Below the pieces are notes generated by a model. It saw only the letters and a program-made list of their open reading frames with translations, had not been told where the DNA came from and did no database searches. Position numbers and translations under genes: made by a program. 64,000 nucleotides of DNA. It comes from Polyangiaceae bacterium (lineage in GTDB: Bacteria > Myxococcota_A > Polyangia > Polyangiales > Polyangiaceae). The DNA lies in the NCBI GenBank assembly GCA_965222375.1, contig CBDCTZ010000016.1, positions 1,632,001 to 1,696,000 on the forward strand, in the 5' to 3' direction. Below are positions 9,590 to 19,299 of this stretch, in pieces (position 1 is the first letter of the stretch; each line of letters opens with the position of its first letter).

Positions 9590-10693
9590 ATGACTCTTCT
9601 GATTGTCTACGTGGGCATTGCCCTCGGTTTCTCCTTTTTGTGTTCAGTGCTCGAGGCAGTGCTGCTCTCCCTGAGCCCAGGCTACCTGGCCAAGCTGCGC
9701 GAAGAGCGCCCGGGCCTCGGTGGTCGTCTGACCAAACTCAAGGCGGAGGTGGATCGCCCTCTGGCCGCGATTCTGAGCTTGAACACGGTCGCCCACACTG
9801 TCGGCGCTGCTGGTGCAGGCGCCCAAGCGCAAGCCTTGTGGGGCTCGGAGATCCTGACGGTAGCTTCCGCAGTTCTGACTCTACTCATCCTGGTGGTTTC
9901 CGAGATCATTCCAAAGACCCTCGGCGCCGTACACTACAAGCGACTCGCGGGGTTCACGGCAGTGATCCTCCCGCTGCTCGTCAAATTGCTCTTCCCCCTC
10001 GTGTGGATGAGCGAGCTGATCACGCGGATGATCAGTTCCAAAGGTGGTGGACACGGCAGCTTGGATCGCGACGAGATTGCTGCGCTCACGCAAATGGGGG
10101 CAGACCAAGGATTGTTCGACCCAGGCGAGTCACGGATCCTGCGCGCACTGTTCAGGGCAAAGGCGTTGCGCACGACGGACATCATGACGCCCCGTACCGT
10201 CGTTTACTCCCTACCCGCTACACAAACCGTGGAGGAGGTCTTCGAGCAGAAGGACGCGATGCGTTTCTCTCGAATCCCCGTTTGGCGTGACAAGTCGGAC
10301 GATGTGCTGGGCTACGTTTTGAAGGACGAGGTGCTGCTTCACGCTGCCAAGGACGAGCTGTCGACGACGCTTGCTGACATTCACCGAGACCTGATCGTGG
10401 TGTCGCCAGAACTCTCGGTTCCCGATCTCCTGGAGACGATGCTCGCGAAAAACGAGCACATTGCGCTGGTGGTTGGCGAATTCGGTGGCGTGCAGGGCGT
10501 GGTGACCATGGAAGACGTTCTCGAAACAGTCCTGGGAGCCGAAATCGTGGACGAGGCGGACGCAACCGAAGACATGCGCAAGCTCGCTCGACAGCAGTGG
10601 TTCGAGCGGGCTCGGCGGCTAGGCATCGCTTCGGATGACGCCCTGGACGCGTTGCAGACCGAAACCCCCGACTTTGTCACGCGCGCTGAGTAG
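9590..10693 (+). CDS. CNNM (DUF21) + CBS domain membrane protein (HlyC/CorC family)
   Basis: SFLCSVLEAVLLS, AILSLNTVAHT, SEIIPKT, DIMTPR, FSRIPV, GVVTMEDVLE. Confidence 0.92.
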   Translation: MTLLIVYVGIALGFSFLCSVLEAVLLSLSPGYLAKLREERPGLGGRLTKLKAEVDRPLAAILSLNTVAHTVGAAGAGAQAQALWGSEILTVASAVLTLLILVVSEIIPKTLGAVHYKRLAGFTAVILPLLVKLLFPLVWMSELITRMISSKGGGHGSLDRDEIAALTQMGADQGLFDPGESRILRALFRAKALRTTDIMTPRTVVYSLPATQTVEEVFEQKDAMRFSRIPVWRDKSDDVLGYVLKDEVLLHAAKDELSTTLADIHRDLIVVSPELSVPDLLETMLAKNEHIALVVGEFGGVQGVVTMEDVLETVLGAEIVDEADATEDMRKLARQQWFERARRLGIASDDALDALQTETPDFVTRAE

Positions 10694-10766
10694 CGGGTTC
10701 CGTCGCGCCCGGCGGGTTCCCGGGAGATGGTTCCAAATCTCCGCGGCCCGCTCTACATTTTGAGGC

Positions 10767-11633
10767 ATGAGCAAGCTTTCGGCGGTGGCCGGCAACCGGC
10801 AGCGTCTCGATGGAGGTGCCATGTTTGGCAACGCGCCAAGAGCGCTGTGGCAGCGCTGGGCCCAGCCGGATGACCAGAATCGAATCGTGTTGGCATGCCG
10901 CGGCGCCTTGCTGGAAGAGGCTGACGGGCGGCGGGTCCTTTTCGAGACGGGAATCGGAGGCTTCTTTCCTCCGTCCATGCGAGACCGATTTGGGGTCGAA
11001 CCAGAGCAACACGTGTTGCTCGAGTCCCTCGAAGCTCTGGGCACGAGTCACGAGGAAATCGACGTAGTCGTCTTGAGTCACCTTCACTTCGATCATGCGG
11101 GCGGCCTACTGGCCGCCTGGGAAGAAGACGCTCCACCGCGCCTGTTGTTCCCGAACGCTGGGTTCGTCGTCTCGAAAGCCGCTTGGGAGCGGGCCGCCTT
11201 GCCCCACTCGCGAGATCGCGCATCGTTCATTCCAGAGCTGCAGCCGCTGCTGGAGTCCTCCGGGCGTCTGGAAATCGTGGAAGGTTCCAGAAGCACCACG
11301 TTGGGCGCAGACTATCGCTTGCATCTGAGTGACGGACACACGCCCGGGCTGATGCTCACTGAAATGCCCTCGGCGGACGGGCCCGTATTGTTCGCGGCGG
11401 ATTTGATCCCCGGTGCTGCTTGGGTGCACCTGCCCATCACCATGGGGTACGACCGATTCCCCGAGCAGCTGATCGACGAGAAGACGCGGATCTTGACGGA
11501 ATTGCTCTCGCGTAATGGCCGGCTCTTCTTCACCCATGACCCGGATGTGGCGATGGGCTCGATCGTTCGAAACGAACGAGGGCGGTTCCAAGTGTCGGAC
11601 ACGGTTGCCGCTCCGGTGCGTCTGTCGCTCTAG
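10767..11633 (+). CDS. Metallo-beta-lactamase-fold hydrolase
   Basis: [17 protein letters not shown] (HxHxDH), GHTPG, ADL, HDP. Confidence 0.92.
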   Translation: MSKLSAVAGNRQRLDGGAMFGNAPRALWQRWAQPDDQNRIVLACRGALLEEADGRRVLFETGIGGFFPPSMRDRFGVEPEQHVLLESLEALGTSHEEIDVVVLSHLHFDHAGGLLAAWEEDAPPRLLFPNAGFVVSKAAWERAALPHSRDRASFIPELQPLLESSGRLEIVEGSRSTTLGADYRLHLSDGHTPGLMLTEMPSADGPVLFAADLIPGAAWVHLPITMGYDRFPEQLIDEKTRILTELLSRNGRLFFTHDPDVAMGSIVRNERGRFQVSDTVAAPVRLSL

Positions 11634-11663
11634 TCGTGCATCGCCCGCGGCGATGACGGGGCT

Positions 11664-12215
11664 TCACTTCCGTGCCACCCAGGGAACGTCCACGACGCCG
11701 GCCTCGTGGTTCGCGCGGCGGGCTAGTACAAACAGCAAATCACTGAGTCGGTTCAAATAGACGATCGGTTCGTCCCGGACCGGGCCCGCTCGGCGCGCCG
11801 CGAGCAGCCGGCGCTCTGCTCGCCGGCACACGGCTCTTGCGTGGTGCAGGGATGCCGCCCCCACGCTGCCTCCAGGAAGCACGAAGGTCTTCAAGGTGGG
11901 CAACGGAGCCTCGGCCGCGTCGATCGCGCTCTCCAGGCGTTCCGCATCTGATGACTCGAGCAGAGACATGCCCAGCTTGTCTTCTTTGCCAGGGACGTAG
12001 GACAGCTCTGCACCGAGCACGAAGAGGTCTGCCTGCACCCGCTCCAATACTCGATCTACTTCTTCGGGTAGCCCGGCGGCCCGAGCGACACCAATGACGC
12101 CGTTGGTCTCGTCGACGGTGCCGTAGGCTTCGACCCGGGGGTCGTCCTTGTCAACCCGGGCGCCACCATAGAGGCCGGTCTGCCCGTCGTCCCCCGTTCG
12201 CGTGTAGATCTTCAT
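11664..12215 (-). CDS. ATP:cob(I)alamin adenosyltransferase, PduO type
   Basis: MKIYTRTGDDGQT, AYGTVDE, FVLPGG, RAVCRRAER, YLNRLSDLLFVLAR. Start at ATG 12215; the longer ORF-track extension runs through a repeat. Confidence 0.93.
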   Translation of the reverse strand: MKIYTRTGDDGQTGLYGGARVDKDDPRVEAYGTVDETNGVIGVARAAGLPEEVDRVLERVQADLFVLGAELSYVPGKEDKLGMSLLESSDAERLESAIDAAEAPLPTLKTFVLPGGSVGAASLHHARAVCRRAERRLLAARRAGPVRDEPIVYLNRLSDLLFVLARRANHEAGVVDVPWVARK

Positions 12216-12290
12216 GCCCGGAGTATAGGGCGGCAGCTCGCGCTTTCGAACCGGTGCCAAGTCGGTTCTAGGCTGATAGCTCGTATGTCG

Positions 12291-12450
12291 TGGCGCAGCT
12301 CGGGAGTGGCGGCCCACTGTCGGGCAGTGATGCACTCCTTCGGGCATTGCCCCTTCGGGCATTGCCCCTTCGGGCATTGCCCCTTCGGGCATCACGAAGC
12401 GCGTCACAAGCGCGTCACAAGGGCGTGACGAGCGCGTCGACCCCAACAAA
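12291..12450. repeat. Dispersed structured intergenic element, copy 1 (15-bp hairpin tandem x3.7 plus 11-bp tandem x4)
   Basis: CCTTCGGGCATTGCC units at 12337, 12352, 12367 and 12382. AAGCGCGTCAC-like units at 12397, 12408, 12419 and 12430. Ends TCGACCCCAA. Homologous to 29139-29320. Confidence 0.9.
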
Positions 12451-12513
12451 ACATGGACGCTGTTTGGCGTCACGGGTCGCCGTCCGGTCTCGACTGGCCT
12501 AAGCTTCTCGGCG

Positions 12514-14136
12514 ATGACGAGTCCTGGTTTATGGCGCTTGGGTTGGGCAACCGGCGTGGCCTCCAGTCTTCTACTGCTTTCGCCCGCTTCGAGTGACGCT
12601 GCTTCAATGACCGAAGCCTGGCAGTCCTATCGCGACGGCAGCCGCGAGGTGCAGGCTCGGTACACCGGGGCGACAACCCGTGGAGCGAAGGGAGAGCAGC
12701 TATCGGGGGTGAGTTTGCGCTACCCGATGCGAGAGGCGGAGGTGTCTGCCCACGTTGGCAAGACGGCCATCGTCCAGCTCTCGCCGTCGAGCGAAAAGGA
12801 GCTCGAGGCTCTCGGCGCGAGGGTGGTTCGACCGCTCATGCGGAGTATCGGGCTCTGGCTGATCGAGGACATCGGCGGCGCAGATGGCCTCGCCTTGGCC
12901 AGTCGACTCTCTTCTGCACAAGCACGTAGCCGCGGCGTGACGGCGGCGGAGCCGGATCTCCATTTCAGATTGAAGTCGGCAGCGGGGCCGGTCACGCCCA
13001 ATGATCCTCGATTTGGCGGGCAGTGGTACTTCGACAAGCTCGGCATGCCCGAAGCTTGGGGGCTCAGCCAAGGACTCTCGAGTACCCGCGTTGTCGTTGT
13101 AGACAGCGGGTGCGATCTGGCGCACCCGGATCTGGCTACCAAGTGGGGCCCCGGCAAGGACGTCGTCGACGGCGATGACGATCCGAGCTTCGACTTGACC
13201 CAGTCAGGCGCTGCTCACGGGACCTCTGTGGCCGGCATCATCGCGGCTGAAACAAATAATGGTGAAGGCATCGCCGGGGGTTGCCCCGAGTGCCAAATGC
13301 ACTGCGTTCGCCTGCTCGCTGACGCACCCTTGCCGACGTCGGCATCCGTGGCGGCCTTTGACTTCGCACTGCAGGTGGACGCGGCGGTCGTTTCCAATAG
13401 CTGGGGTTACGTGGGGGCCATCCCGGTACCCGCAGTGCTCGCCGCAGCGGTCAAGAACGTGTTCCAAAACGGGCGTGGAGGCAAAGGCGCCCTGGTCATC
13501 TTTGCAGCCGGTAATGACGATCGCGAGATCTTGGACAATGAACTCCATGCACTGCCGGAAGTGTTCAATGTGGGCGCGGTCAACAACTTCGACGAATCCA
13601 CGCCCTTCACGAACTTCGGTGCTTCCCTGGACCTGGTCGCACCGACCGGCACCCTGACCACGGACATCTCCGGCCTGGGGGGGGACGACCCCGGCGACTA
13701 CACGACGAACTTCGGTGGAACGTCATCATCCTGTCCGGTCGTCGCGGGTATCGCCGGACTGCTGGTATCAGCGGCGCCGGACAAGACTGCGGCAGAGCTG
13801 TATCAAGTGATGATCGATACTGCGCGACCTGCGCCGTTCGCGATCAACGACGCGAACGGTCACGACCCGGTTTACGGTTTTGGCATCATCGACCCCGTGA
13901 AGGCACTGCGCAATGTGCTCGGGCTGCCACCCATAGCGGATGCCGGCGTTGAAGGGGGCGCAGGCGGTGCAGATGCAGGACCTCCTCCGGCGAAGCCGGC
14001 CGAGGACGACGATGGCGGGTGTGGCTGCAACGCCGCGGGAGCAGCGCCGAGCGGCCCGCTGGTTGCTTGGGTCAGCGCGATGTTGCTGCTGTGCTGGTGG
14101 CGACGGCGCTCAGGGCAGGGCACGACGTCGGCGTAG
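12514..14136 (+). CDS. S8 family (subtilase) serine peptidase with MYXO-CTERM anchor
   Basis: Catalytic motifs VVVVDSG, HGTSVAGIIAA, AAGN, GGTSSSCPVVAG. C-terminus GGCGCNA...MLLLCWWRRR. Confidence 0.92.
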   Translation: MTSPGLWRLGWATGVASSLLLLSPASSDAASMTEAWQSYRDGSREVQARYTGATTRGAKGEQLSGVSLRYPMREAEVSAHVGKTAIVQLSPSSEKELEALGARVVRPLMRSIGLWLIEDIGGADGLALASRLSSAQARSRGVTAAEPDLHFRLKSAAGPVTPNDPRFGGQWYFDKLGMPEAWGLSQGLSSTRVVVVDSGCDLAHPDLATKWGPGKDVVDGDDDPSFDLTQSGAAHGTSVAGIIAAETNNGEGIAGGCPECQMHCVRLLADAPLPTSASVAAFDFALQVDAAVVSNSWGYVGAIPVPAVLAAAVKNVFQNGRGGKGALVIFAAGNDDREILDNELHALPEVFNVGAVNNFDESTPFTNFGASLDLVAPTGTLTTDISGLGGDDPGDYTTNFGGTSSSCPVVAGIAGLLVSAAPDKTAAELYQVMIDTARPAPFAINDANGHDPVYGFGIIDPVKALRNVLGLPPIADAGVEGGAGGADAGPPPAKPAEDDDGGCGCNAAGAAPSGPLVAWVSAMLLLCWWRRRSGQGTTSA

Positions 14137-15663
14137 GAGCCGGATGCTGAGCAGGCCCAAGAGCCAGAGCCAGCCGAGGCTCTGGCTCGACTGATGGATT
14201 CGGCAGCCACAGCCGGAGGAGTCGTCACCCGATGACGGGTTGGTGGGCGTTCCCGCGCTACCGGCCGAGCCGCCTGCGCCGGCCGCTCCGCCCGAGCCCC
14301 CGAGGGTCGCGCGGCACTCCACTACTTCAGCCACGGACCCGATACAGAGCCCCGGCCGCGCCGACTCGCCCTGGGTTCTCGTATTGACGACGACAGCGAT
14401 GAACTCACTTGCGCCGGAGGTGTCGATGGTTTCTGTACCTGCCGTCGCATCAGCCACCCTAGTGACGGGAGCGAAGACCGAACCCGTTCGCGAGGCGAGC
14501 AGGAGTACCAGGCCCTCGGAGGCTTGGGGCGTGTCGGCGGGGTTGACCAGGGCCGCGGTCATCTCGGCGCGTCCTGTGGGAACTAAGCCATAGTACTGCG
14601 CGGAAGCGTAGAACACGCGCAGCTTCTCGTCCGAGTAGGGCGCTTCCACCGCGTCGACCTTCACTCGAGGGTAGCGCTTGCCCTCTTTGTATGAGCGGCT
14701 CGGATCCGCATAGATCGTTGTCATTAGATTCCACGTGGCGAAATCCGCAAAACCCTCCGCAAAGCTCGAGCCCTTTTGCACGAGTAGCGGGTCGAGAGCA
14801 TCGAGCCAGTACGGGTCCGCGCTGCCGCCAGAACCGTTCTTCACGCTCTCCCACAGACCACGCACAGTGCCTTTGCCGTAGCGCTCTTCCAGGAACTGGA
14901 AGAAAATCGCACTGCCGTAGCTGAAGGGGTCCACGGGGCCGGGCAGCGGCACGTCCAGGGAGCGGTCTGGGTTCTGAAAATAGCCCCCGAGGAAGCCTTC
15001 GAAATCCTTGAGGGAGTCGTCGAAGCTCTCGGTCGCCCAGACGGCACTTCCTTCGCTGAACACACTGCCCTGCTCCGTGTCGTAGGCGGCTTGCACGCCG
15101 TGGAAGAACTCGTGGCTGCACAAGATCTTGTTGGCCACCTGCGTAGACGGGTAGCCGTAGCCAGCAAAGTCGTTCTCCTGCACCATGAAACCAGAACACT
15201 GCTGCGGGTTCGTGCTCGTGCAGGAGTCCGTTTGGAAGTGCCCGTCACCCACGCCCGCGAAGTCTACGAGGTACACGTCGAACGCAGCGTCACCACCGTT
15301 GTCGGGGTTGGCCGAATCCGAGAGCGGGGCCGCAAACCCGAGCGTCGTCTCGTAATGCATCAGGACGCTTTCGTAGGTCTCTGCGACGTCTTCCACAAAA
15401 TCAGGCACGCCGGTCACTCCGACGTCCGCGCTGGGCACGGCATTGGGGCCGTTACGCGTATAATGAACCTTGAAACGACCCTGACTCGAGGAGTGGTTTT
15501 CGACGATGTCTCCCGCGTCGAAAGCAAATTGGAGGCTATTTCCAGGGGTGTCGGGGCGTAGCGCGCTCGTTTTGACACCGACGGGTTCCTTATCGAGCTC
15601 CGCTGGGCCGCAACCCGCGAGCGTGGCCAGAGCTGTGCCTGCCAGCAGCTTCAGTCGAGCCAT
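14110..15663 (-). CDS. Lipoprotein zinc metalloprotease (HEXXH, MXAN_6640-like) with MYXO-CTERM anchor
   Basis: Lipobox LAGC. SHEFFHGVQAAY...EGSAVW. C-terminus SGCGCRI...WLWLLGLLSIRLLRRRR. Confidence 0.78.
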   Translation of the reverse strand: MARLKLLAGTALATLAGCGPAELDKEPVGVKTSALRPDTPGNSLQFAFDAGDIVENHSSSQGRFKVHYTRNGPNAVPSADVGVTGVPDFVEDVAETYESVLMHYETTLGFAAPLSDSANPDNGGDAAFDVYLVDFAGVGDGHFQTDSCTSTNPQQCSGFMVQENDFAGYGYPSTQVANKILCSHEFFHGVQAAYDTEQGSVFSEGSAVWATESFDDSLKDFEGFLGGYFQNPDRSLDVPLPGPVDPFSYGSAIFFQFLEERYGKGTVRGLWESVKNGSGGSADPYWLDALDPLLVQKGSSFAEGFADFATWNLMTTIYADPSRSYKEGKRYPRVKVDAVEAPYSDEKLRVFYASAQYYGLVPTGRAEMTAALVNPADTPQASEGLVLLLASRTGSVFAPVTRVADATAGTETIDTSGASEFIAVVVNTRTQGESARPGLCIGSVAEVVECRATLGGSGGAAGAGGSAGSAGTPTNPSSGDDSSGCGCRIHQSSQSLGWLWLLGLLSIRLLRRRRALP

Positions 15664-16445
15664 GACCAGCGTAGTCGGTAGGTTGCGGAAGGAGTGCCTT
15701 GGGGCACCGAGCCCGTGGAATTGCAGACCTGTTGGTTGGCGTCGTCGTAGTAGTTCGTGACGACGAGCTTGAGTTGGCGCCCGCTCGCCACGCGCACGAC
15801 GAACACATTACCGGTGGTCTGTACACAACCGGGATAGGTCCAGAAACTCGAGAGCGCTGTGGCCGGGGAGCTGGGCAAACCTGAACCATCCGGAATCAAC
15901 TCGCAGCTCGCTGTGAAGTACTCATCATTCCGGTACATCAGGTTGTCCGGCACCTGCGTAACGGCATCGTAGCCAGGGGTACCGGGTACACGGGCCGCAG
16001 TCACACAAGACGGCCCGGAGTGGCCGCTGTTGATCCGTACGACGTAGCGACGAAACGCAATGTCCCAGTCCATCGAGTCTAGAGCTGCCTCATCAGAAAG
16101 GTCGACCTTGACGAGACCAGCGTCGTCGAAGCGGCCATAGACATAGGAGTCCGGGTTCGGGTTGAAGGCTCCACCGGCGGTTGCGTCGACGGTCGACTTG
16201 AAGCCGGCCCCGTCTGCAACGCTGCTGATCTGACCCGGCGCCGGCGCTGACTTCAGGTTCATCTCCTGGATCACCTGGTCTGAGCAGGCTACCGGGGTGG
16301 GAGTCGTGCACACCGCTTGTGCGGCGTCGGTACTGGTCTCGGCGCCGGCGTCCGTTGGATTCTGCTGAGTGGGTCCGTCTTCCGAGGACGAGCAGCCGAT
16401 TGCGGTCAGGGCGATGAGCGGCGCGAGAGTTCCAATTCGTGGCAT
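15651..16445 (-). CDS. HmuY-family lipoprotein (putative heme-binding)
   Basis: Lipobox AIGC. DWDIAFRRYVVRINSG and VFVVR...KLVVTNYY match the HmuY-like pattern. Confidence 0.75.
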   Translation of the reverse strand: MPRIGTLAPLIALTAIGCSSSEDGPTQQNPTDAGAETSTDAAQAVCTTPTPVACSDQVIQEMNLKSAPAPGQISSVADGAGFKSTVDATAGGAFNPNPDSYVYGRFDDAGLVKVDLSDEAALDSMDWDIAFRRYVVRINSGHSGPSCVTAARVPGTPGYDAVTQVPDNLMYRNDEYFTASCELIPDGSGLPSSPATALSSFWTYPGCVQTTGNVFVVRVASGRQLKLVVTNYYDDANQQVCNSTGSVPQGTPSATYRLRWSWLD

Positions 16446-16498
16446 GTCTCGCGAATGCTAGCAGACGAACCGCCGCTGCGGACTGCGCTTCGGGGTGG

Positions 16499-17602
16499 TC
16501 AGCCGACAGCGCGGGAGAAGGAGCGGTAGCCCTGTTTCCAGGCTTCGATGTCCATCTTGGCACCATCTACGATTTCCACGCCGAAGCCCGGGGGAACCGT
16601 GGCTGTGTCGCTTGCGATGAAGCCACGACGCCAAACCACGCGACCCACGAGCCGCGCTCGTCGCTCGGTGCGCGGCGGAGATACCTCGACCCAAACGAGA
16701 TCGTCTTCGGGTGGAGCCAGCGTGCGCACGTACAGACCGCCGGCACTGATGTTGTAGCTGTAGCCGTGGTCATCGCTCTCGCGACCGGCTCCCCGGAACG
16801 CGACAGTCGTGCCGTAGAGCAGGCGCGCGCTGGCACGGCGTGAGGCTCGCGCGGCAAAGGCCAGTTCGTTTGCCAAGAAGACGACGTTCTCGAGGGGTGC
16901 GAAGCCATCCATGGCGGCGGCGCGGTCGACCCCCGACAAGGCCTGGGAGGTAACTTTCAAGCTCTTCGGAGCGCAGCTCAGAATCCACACGGGTTTGTCA
17001 CACCGTGCGCGGGCGGTGCGTACGAGATCTGCGTTCGCGCCGTCCAGTTCTGAACTGACGATTACGAGGTCTGCCGCGTCCGTGCTGGCCTCCTCTGCGG
17101 CTTCTTCTGCGGACACCGCGAACCTGACCGAGTAGCCGGCGTTGCGCAGCACGCGACCAAGCACGATTCTGCGTTTGCGATCACCGTCCGCCACCACAGC
17201 GGTGCCGCGACCGTTCGTGGGTGGTTCCGGCGCCGTCCGGGGAAACGAGCGTAGCCGACGAACCAGACCGCGAGAGCTGGTGTCGAGTCCTACGACGTCG
17301 TCGCCGCCCCAGCTGAATACGTCGCCAAAGGAGAGGTCGTTGGCGGACGTCGTCAGCCCAATGATGGGCACCCGGGAGTTCCGGGCTCGGGCCCGGGCGT
17401 CCAGCGCCACGCTCTCCGCATCCTCCCGCTCTGCATCCACCAGGATGGCGTGAGGCTGATTCTCGTTCAGCCACTCCCCTGCTTGCTCCGGGTCCTCGAC
17501 TACGGCGAGGTTGAAGGCTGACTCGGTCGCCGCCAAGTTCAGCTTCAGCCGCTGGGTGCGGCGAAACTGGCCGAAGGCAACAAGGTGGCGCGCGGGCTCC
17601 AT
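16499..17602 (-). CDS. PilZ-domain protein with two receiver-like domains
   Basis: C-terminal RRASAR (RxxxR), NISAGGLYV and GRVVW...PPGFGV. N-terminal REC-like folds. Confidence 0.8.
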   Translation of the reverse strand: MEPARHLVAFGQFRRTQRLKLNLAATESAFNLAVVEDPEQAGEWLNENQPHAILVDAEREDAESVALDARARARNSRVPIIGLTTSANDLSFGDVFSWGGDDVVGLDTSSRGLVRRLRSFPRTAPEPPTNGRGTAVVADGDRKRRIVLGRVLRNAGYSVRFAVSAEEAAEEASTDAADLVIVSSELDGANADLVRTARARCDKPVWILSCAPKSLKVTSQALSGVDRAAAMDGFAPLENVVFLANELAFAARASRRASARLLYGTTVAFRGAGRESDDHGYSYNISAGGLYVRTLAPPEDDLVWVEVSPPRTERRARLVGRVVWRRGFIASDTATVPPGFGVEIVDGAKMDIEAWKQGYRSFSRAVG

Positions 17603-17651
17603 GGTTTCATGGATACCGAACGGGTCCCGCCCCGGAAGCTTGAGTGCCTGC

Positions 17652-18167
17652 TCAGGCGGAGAAGATCTCTTGGATCTCGCCTTCGATGGCGGTCCTCTGG
17701 ACCTTCTTGGCCAGTGCCAGCTCTTGAATCAGCAGGCTGCGGGCTTGGTCGAGTAGGCGGCGCTCGCCAAAGGATAGGTCTTTGTCGAACTTGAGCCGGT
17801 ACATGTCCCGGAGAACCTTGGCGATTTCCGCAGGAAGCCCGCTCTTGAGCATCTCGGTGTAGGCACGGAACCGACGGTTCCAGGGCTGTACATCCACTGC
17901 CACTTCGGGTGCCCGCAAGATCCCGAGGATCTTGTCGGCTTCCCGCTTCTTCATCACCGGACGCAGGCCGACACGGGCTGCGGCATCCGTCGGCACCATG
18001 ACCTTGAGTCCGGTGTCGATGATTTTCAGAACGAAGAAAGCACTGGGGCGACCGCCGAGGTCCCGCTGCTCCACTGCCACGACTTCCCCCACACCATGCG
18101 CGGGATGAACCGCCATGTCCCCACTCTTGAACGTCAGCCTGGGCTCGGAACTCACCTGCGATTGCAT
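17652..18167 (-). CDS. cdnL: CarD-family RNA polymerase-binding factor (CdnL type)
   Basis: FKSGDMAVHPAHGVGEV, WNRRFR, KDLSFGERRLLDQARSLL. About 170 aa with no HMGA tail. GGGAG precedes ATG 18167. Confidence 0.88.
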   Translation of the reverse strand: MQSQVSSEPRLTFKSGDMAVHPAHGVGEVVAVEQRDLGGRPSAFFVLKIIDTGLKVMVPTDAAARVGLRPVMKKREADKILGILRAPEVAVDVQPWNRRFRAYTEMLKSGLPAEIAKVLRDMYRLKFDKDLSFGERRLLDQARSLLIQELALAKKVQRTAIEGEIQEIFSA

Positions 18168-18246
18168 TGCCACTCCCTGTGCTTCTCAGCTCTCAGACAC
18201 ACGAAAGCTGAGGACCGCGCCTCCTACCACCTTCCACCCAGGGAGG

Positions 18247-19299
18247 TCAATTGGGTATTTGCGGGTCTAACTTTTTGAAATCACTCTCAGAATCGGGCTT
18301 TTTCCTCAGTCCGAGGATTTCATCCACTTCCGCAACGACGGCAGCCCGAAGCCCCTGAGCCATGGGCGGTGCTCGAAGCCGCACCTTCAGGGTCAACAGT
18401 TCGGGAGTAGCCGAGATTTGCGGGCTTTCAGCGGGTTCGTCCAGGGCCAGGAGGCGGCCCAGGGGATCTTGGGTCAGTTGGTGCCAGGCGGCTGCCAAAC
18501 GACTCTTGTCGTCGATGTCCGTCCAAGCGCCGGCCACGTGGATTGTGACCCGCAGCGTCTGCTTGGGTCCCGGCTCCGCTGCCACCCCGAGTGCAGTGGC
18601 AGATGCCAAGATCCCCCCGGCGGCTCGTGCCCACTCGCCTTGAAAGGGGCCCGGAGCGTACATCCTCAAAGGCGCGGACTCCAAGGCGCCGGGCAGATCC
18701 GAAAGCGCCGCGCCCTGGAGTGCCGGCACCGTCTTCTTGAGCCGCTTGGAAGCGAAGAGCGTGGCGACCTTTACGGGAGTTCTCGAGCCGACGCTGACGA
18801 ACACCCAACGCTGGTCGAAGCTGAGCAGGGTCTCGGGCGTACTTCCCACCAGACCCGTGATCGTGCGCAGCTTGGGCTGCGGGGAGCCGAACTTGGGATC
18901 CGTAACCAGGCGCTTGGCGAACTTTTCTTCGGGCACGCTGACCTTGTCCGTGCGGGCGGCGTACACCGTGGCGTAATCGAAACCTGCGGCCATGGCCTCG
19001 GGAGTCTCACGCAGATCGATGCCGCTTTCGTCGCGGAAGGCGTCGAGACGCTTCTTGGGAAAAAGCAGCTCCAGAGATGGTGCTAGCTCTTTCGACTGAG
19101 CCAGCTCATCCAGGCGCGCCGCCACCAACCAGCGAAGGCCTGCGGCGGGCACGTAGTCCGTCAGAGGGCCATCGTGCAGCTTCGGCTCCGTGTTGAGGGG
19201 CGCTACGGGCGGGCCCAATGCGTCCGCGCCGCAGGCCAAGACCGTGAGACTCAGGCATAGCGCCACGGTGGCGCGCTGGAGCACCCTCGAGAGGCTCAC
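18247..19299 (-). CDS. Hypothetical lipoprotein
   Basis: Long ORF. GTG 19299 overlaps the tyrS stop (GTGA). Hydrophobic stretch ending VLAC. Confidence 0.65.
   Translation of the reverse strand: MSLSRVLQRATVALCLSLTVLACGADALGPPVAPLNTEPKLHDGPLTDYVPAAGLRWLVAARLDELAQSKELAPSLELLFPKKRLDAFRDESGIDLRETPEAMAAGFDYATVYAARTDKVSVPEEKFAKRLVTDPKFGSPQPKLRTITGLVGSTPETLLSFDQRWVFVSVGSRTPVKVATLFASKRLKKTVPALQGAALSDLPGALESAPLRMYAPGPFQGEWARAAGGILASATALGVAAEPGPKQTLRVTIHVAGAWTDIDDKSRLAAAWHQLTQDPLGRLLALDEPAESPQISATPELLTLKVRLRAPPMAQGLRAAVVAEVDEILGLRKKPDSESDFKKLDPQIPN

Noticed and set aside
12337..12440. Short repeats as a CRISPR array
   Set aside because: Units are directly tandem (15 and 11 bp) with no unique spacers, and no cas genes are in the window.
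12216..12473. N-terminal extension of PduO encoding MPEGA repeats (ORF 11664..12473)
   Set aside because: PduO begins at the conserved MKIYT(R/K)TGD. The extension is the non-coding repeat, which also occurs intergenically at 29 kb.
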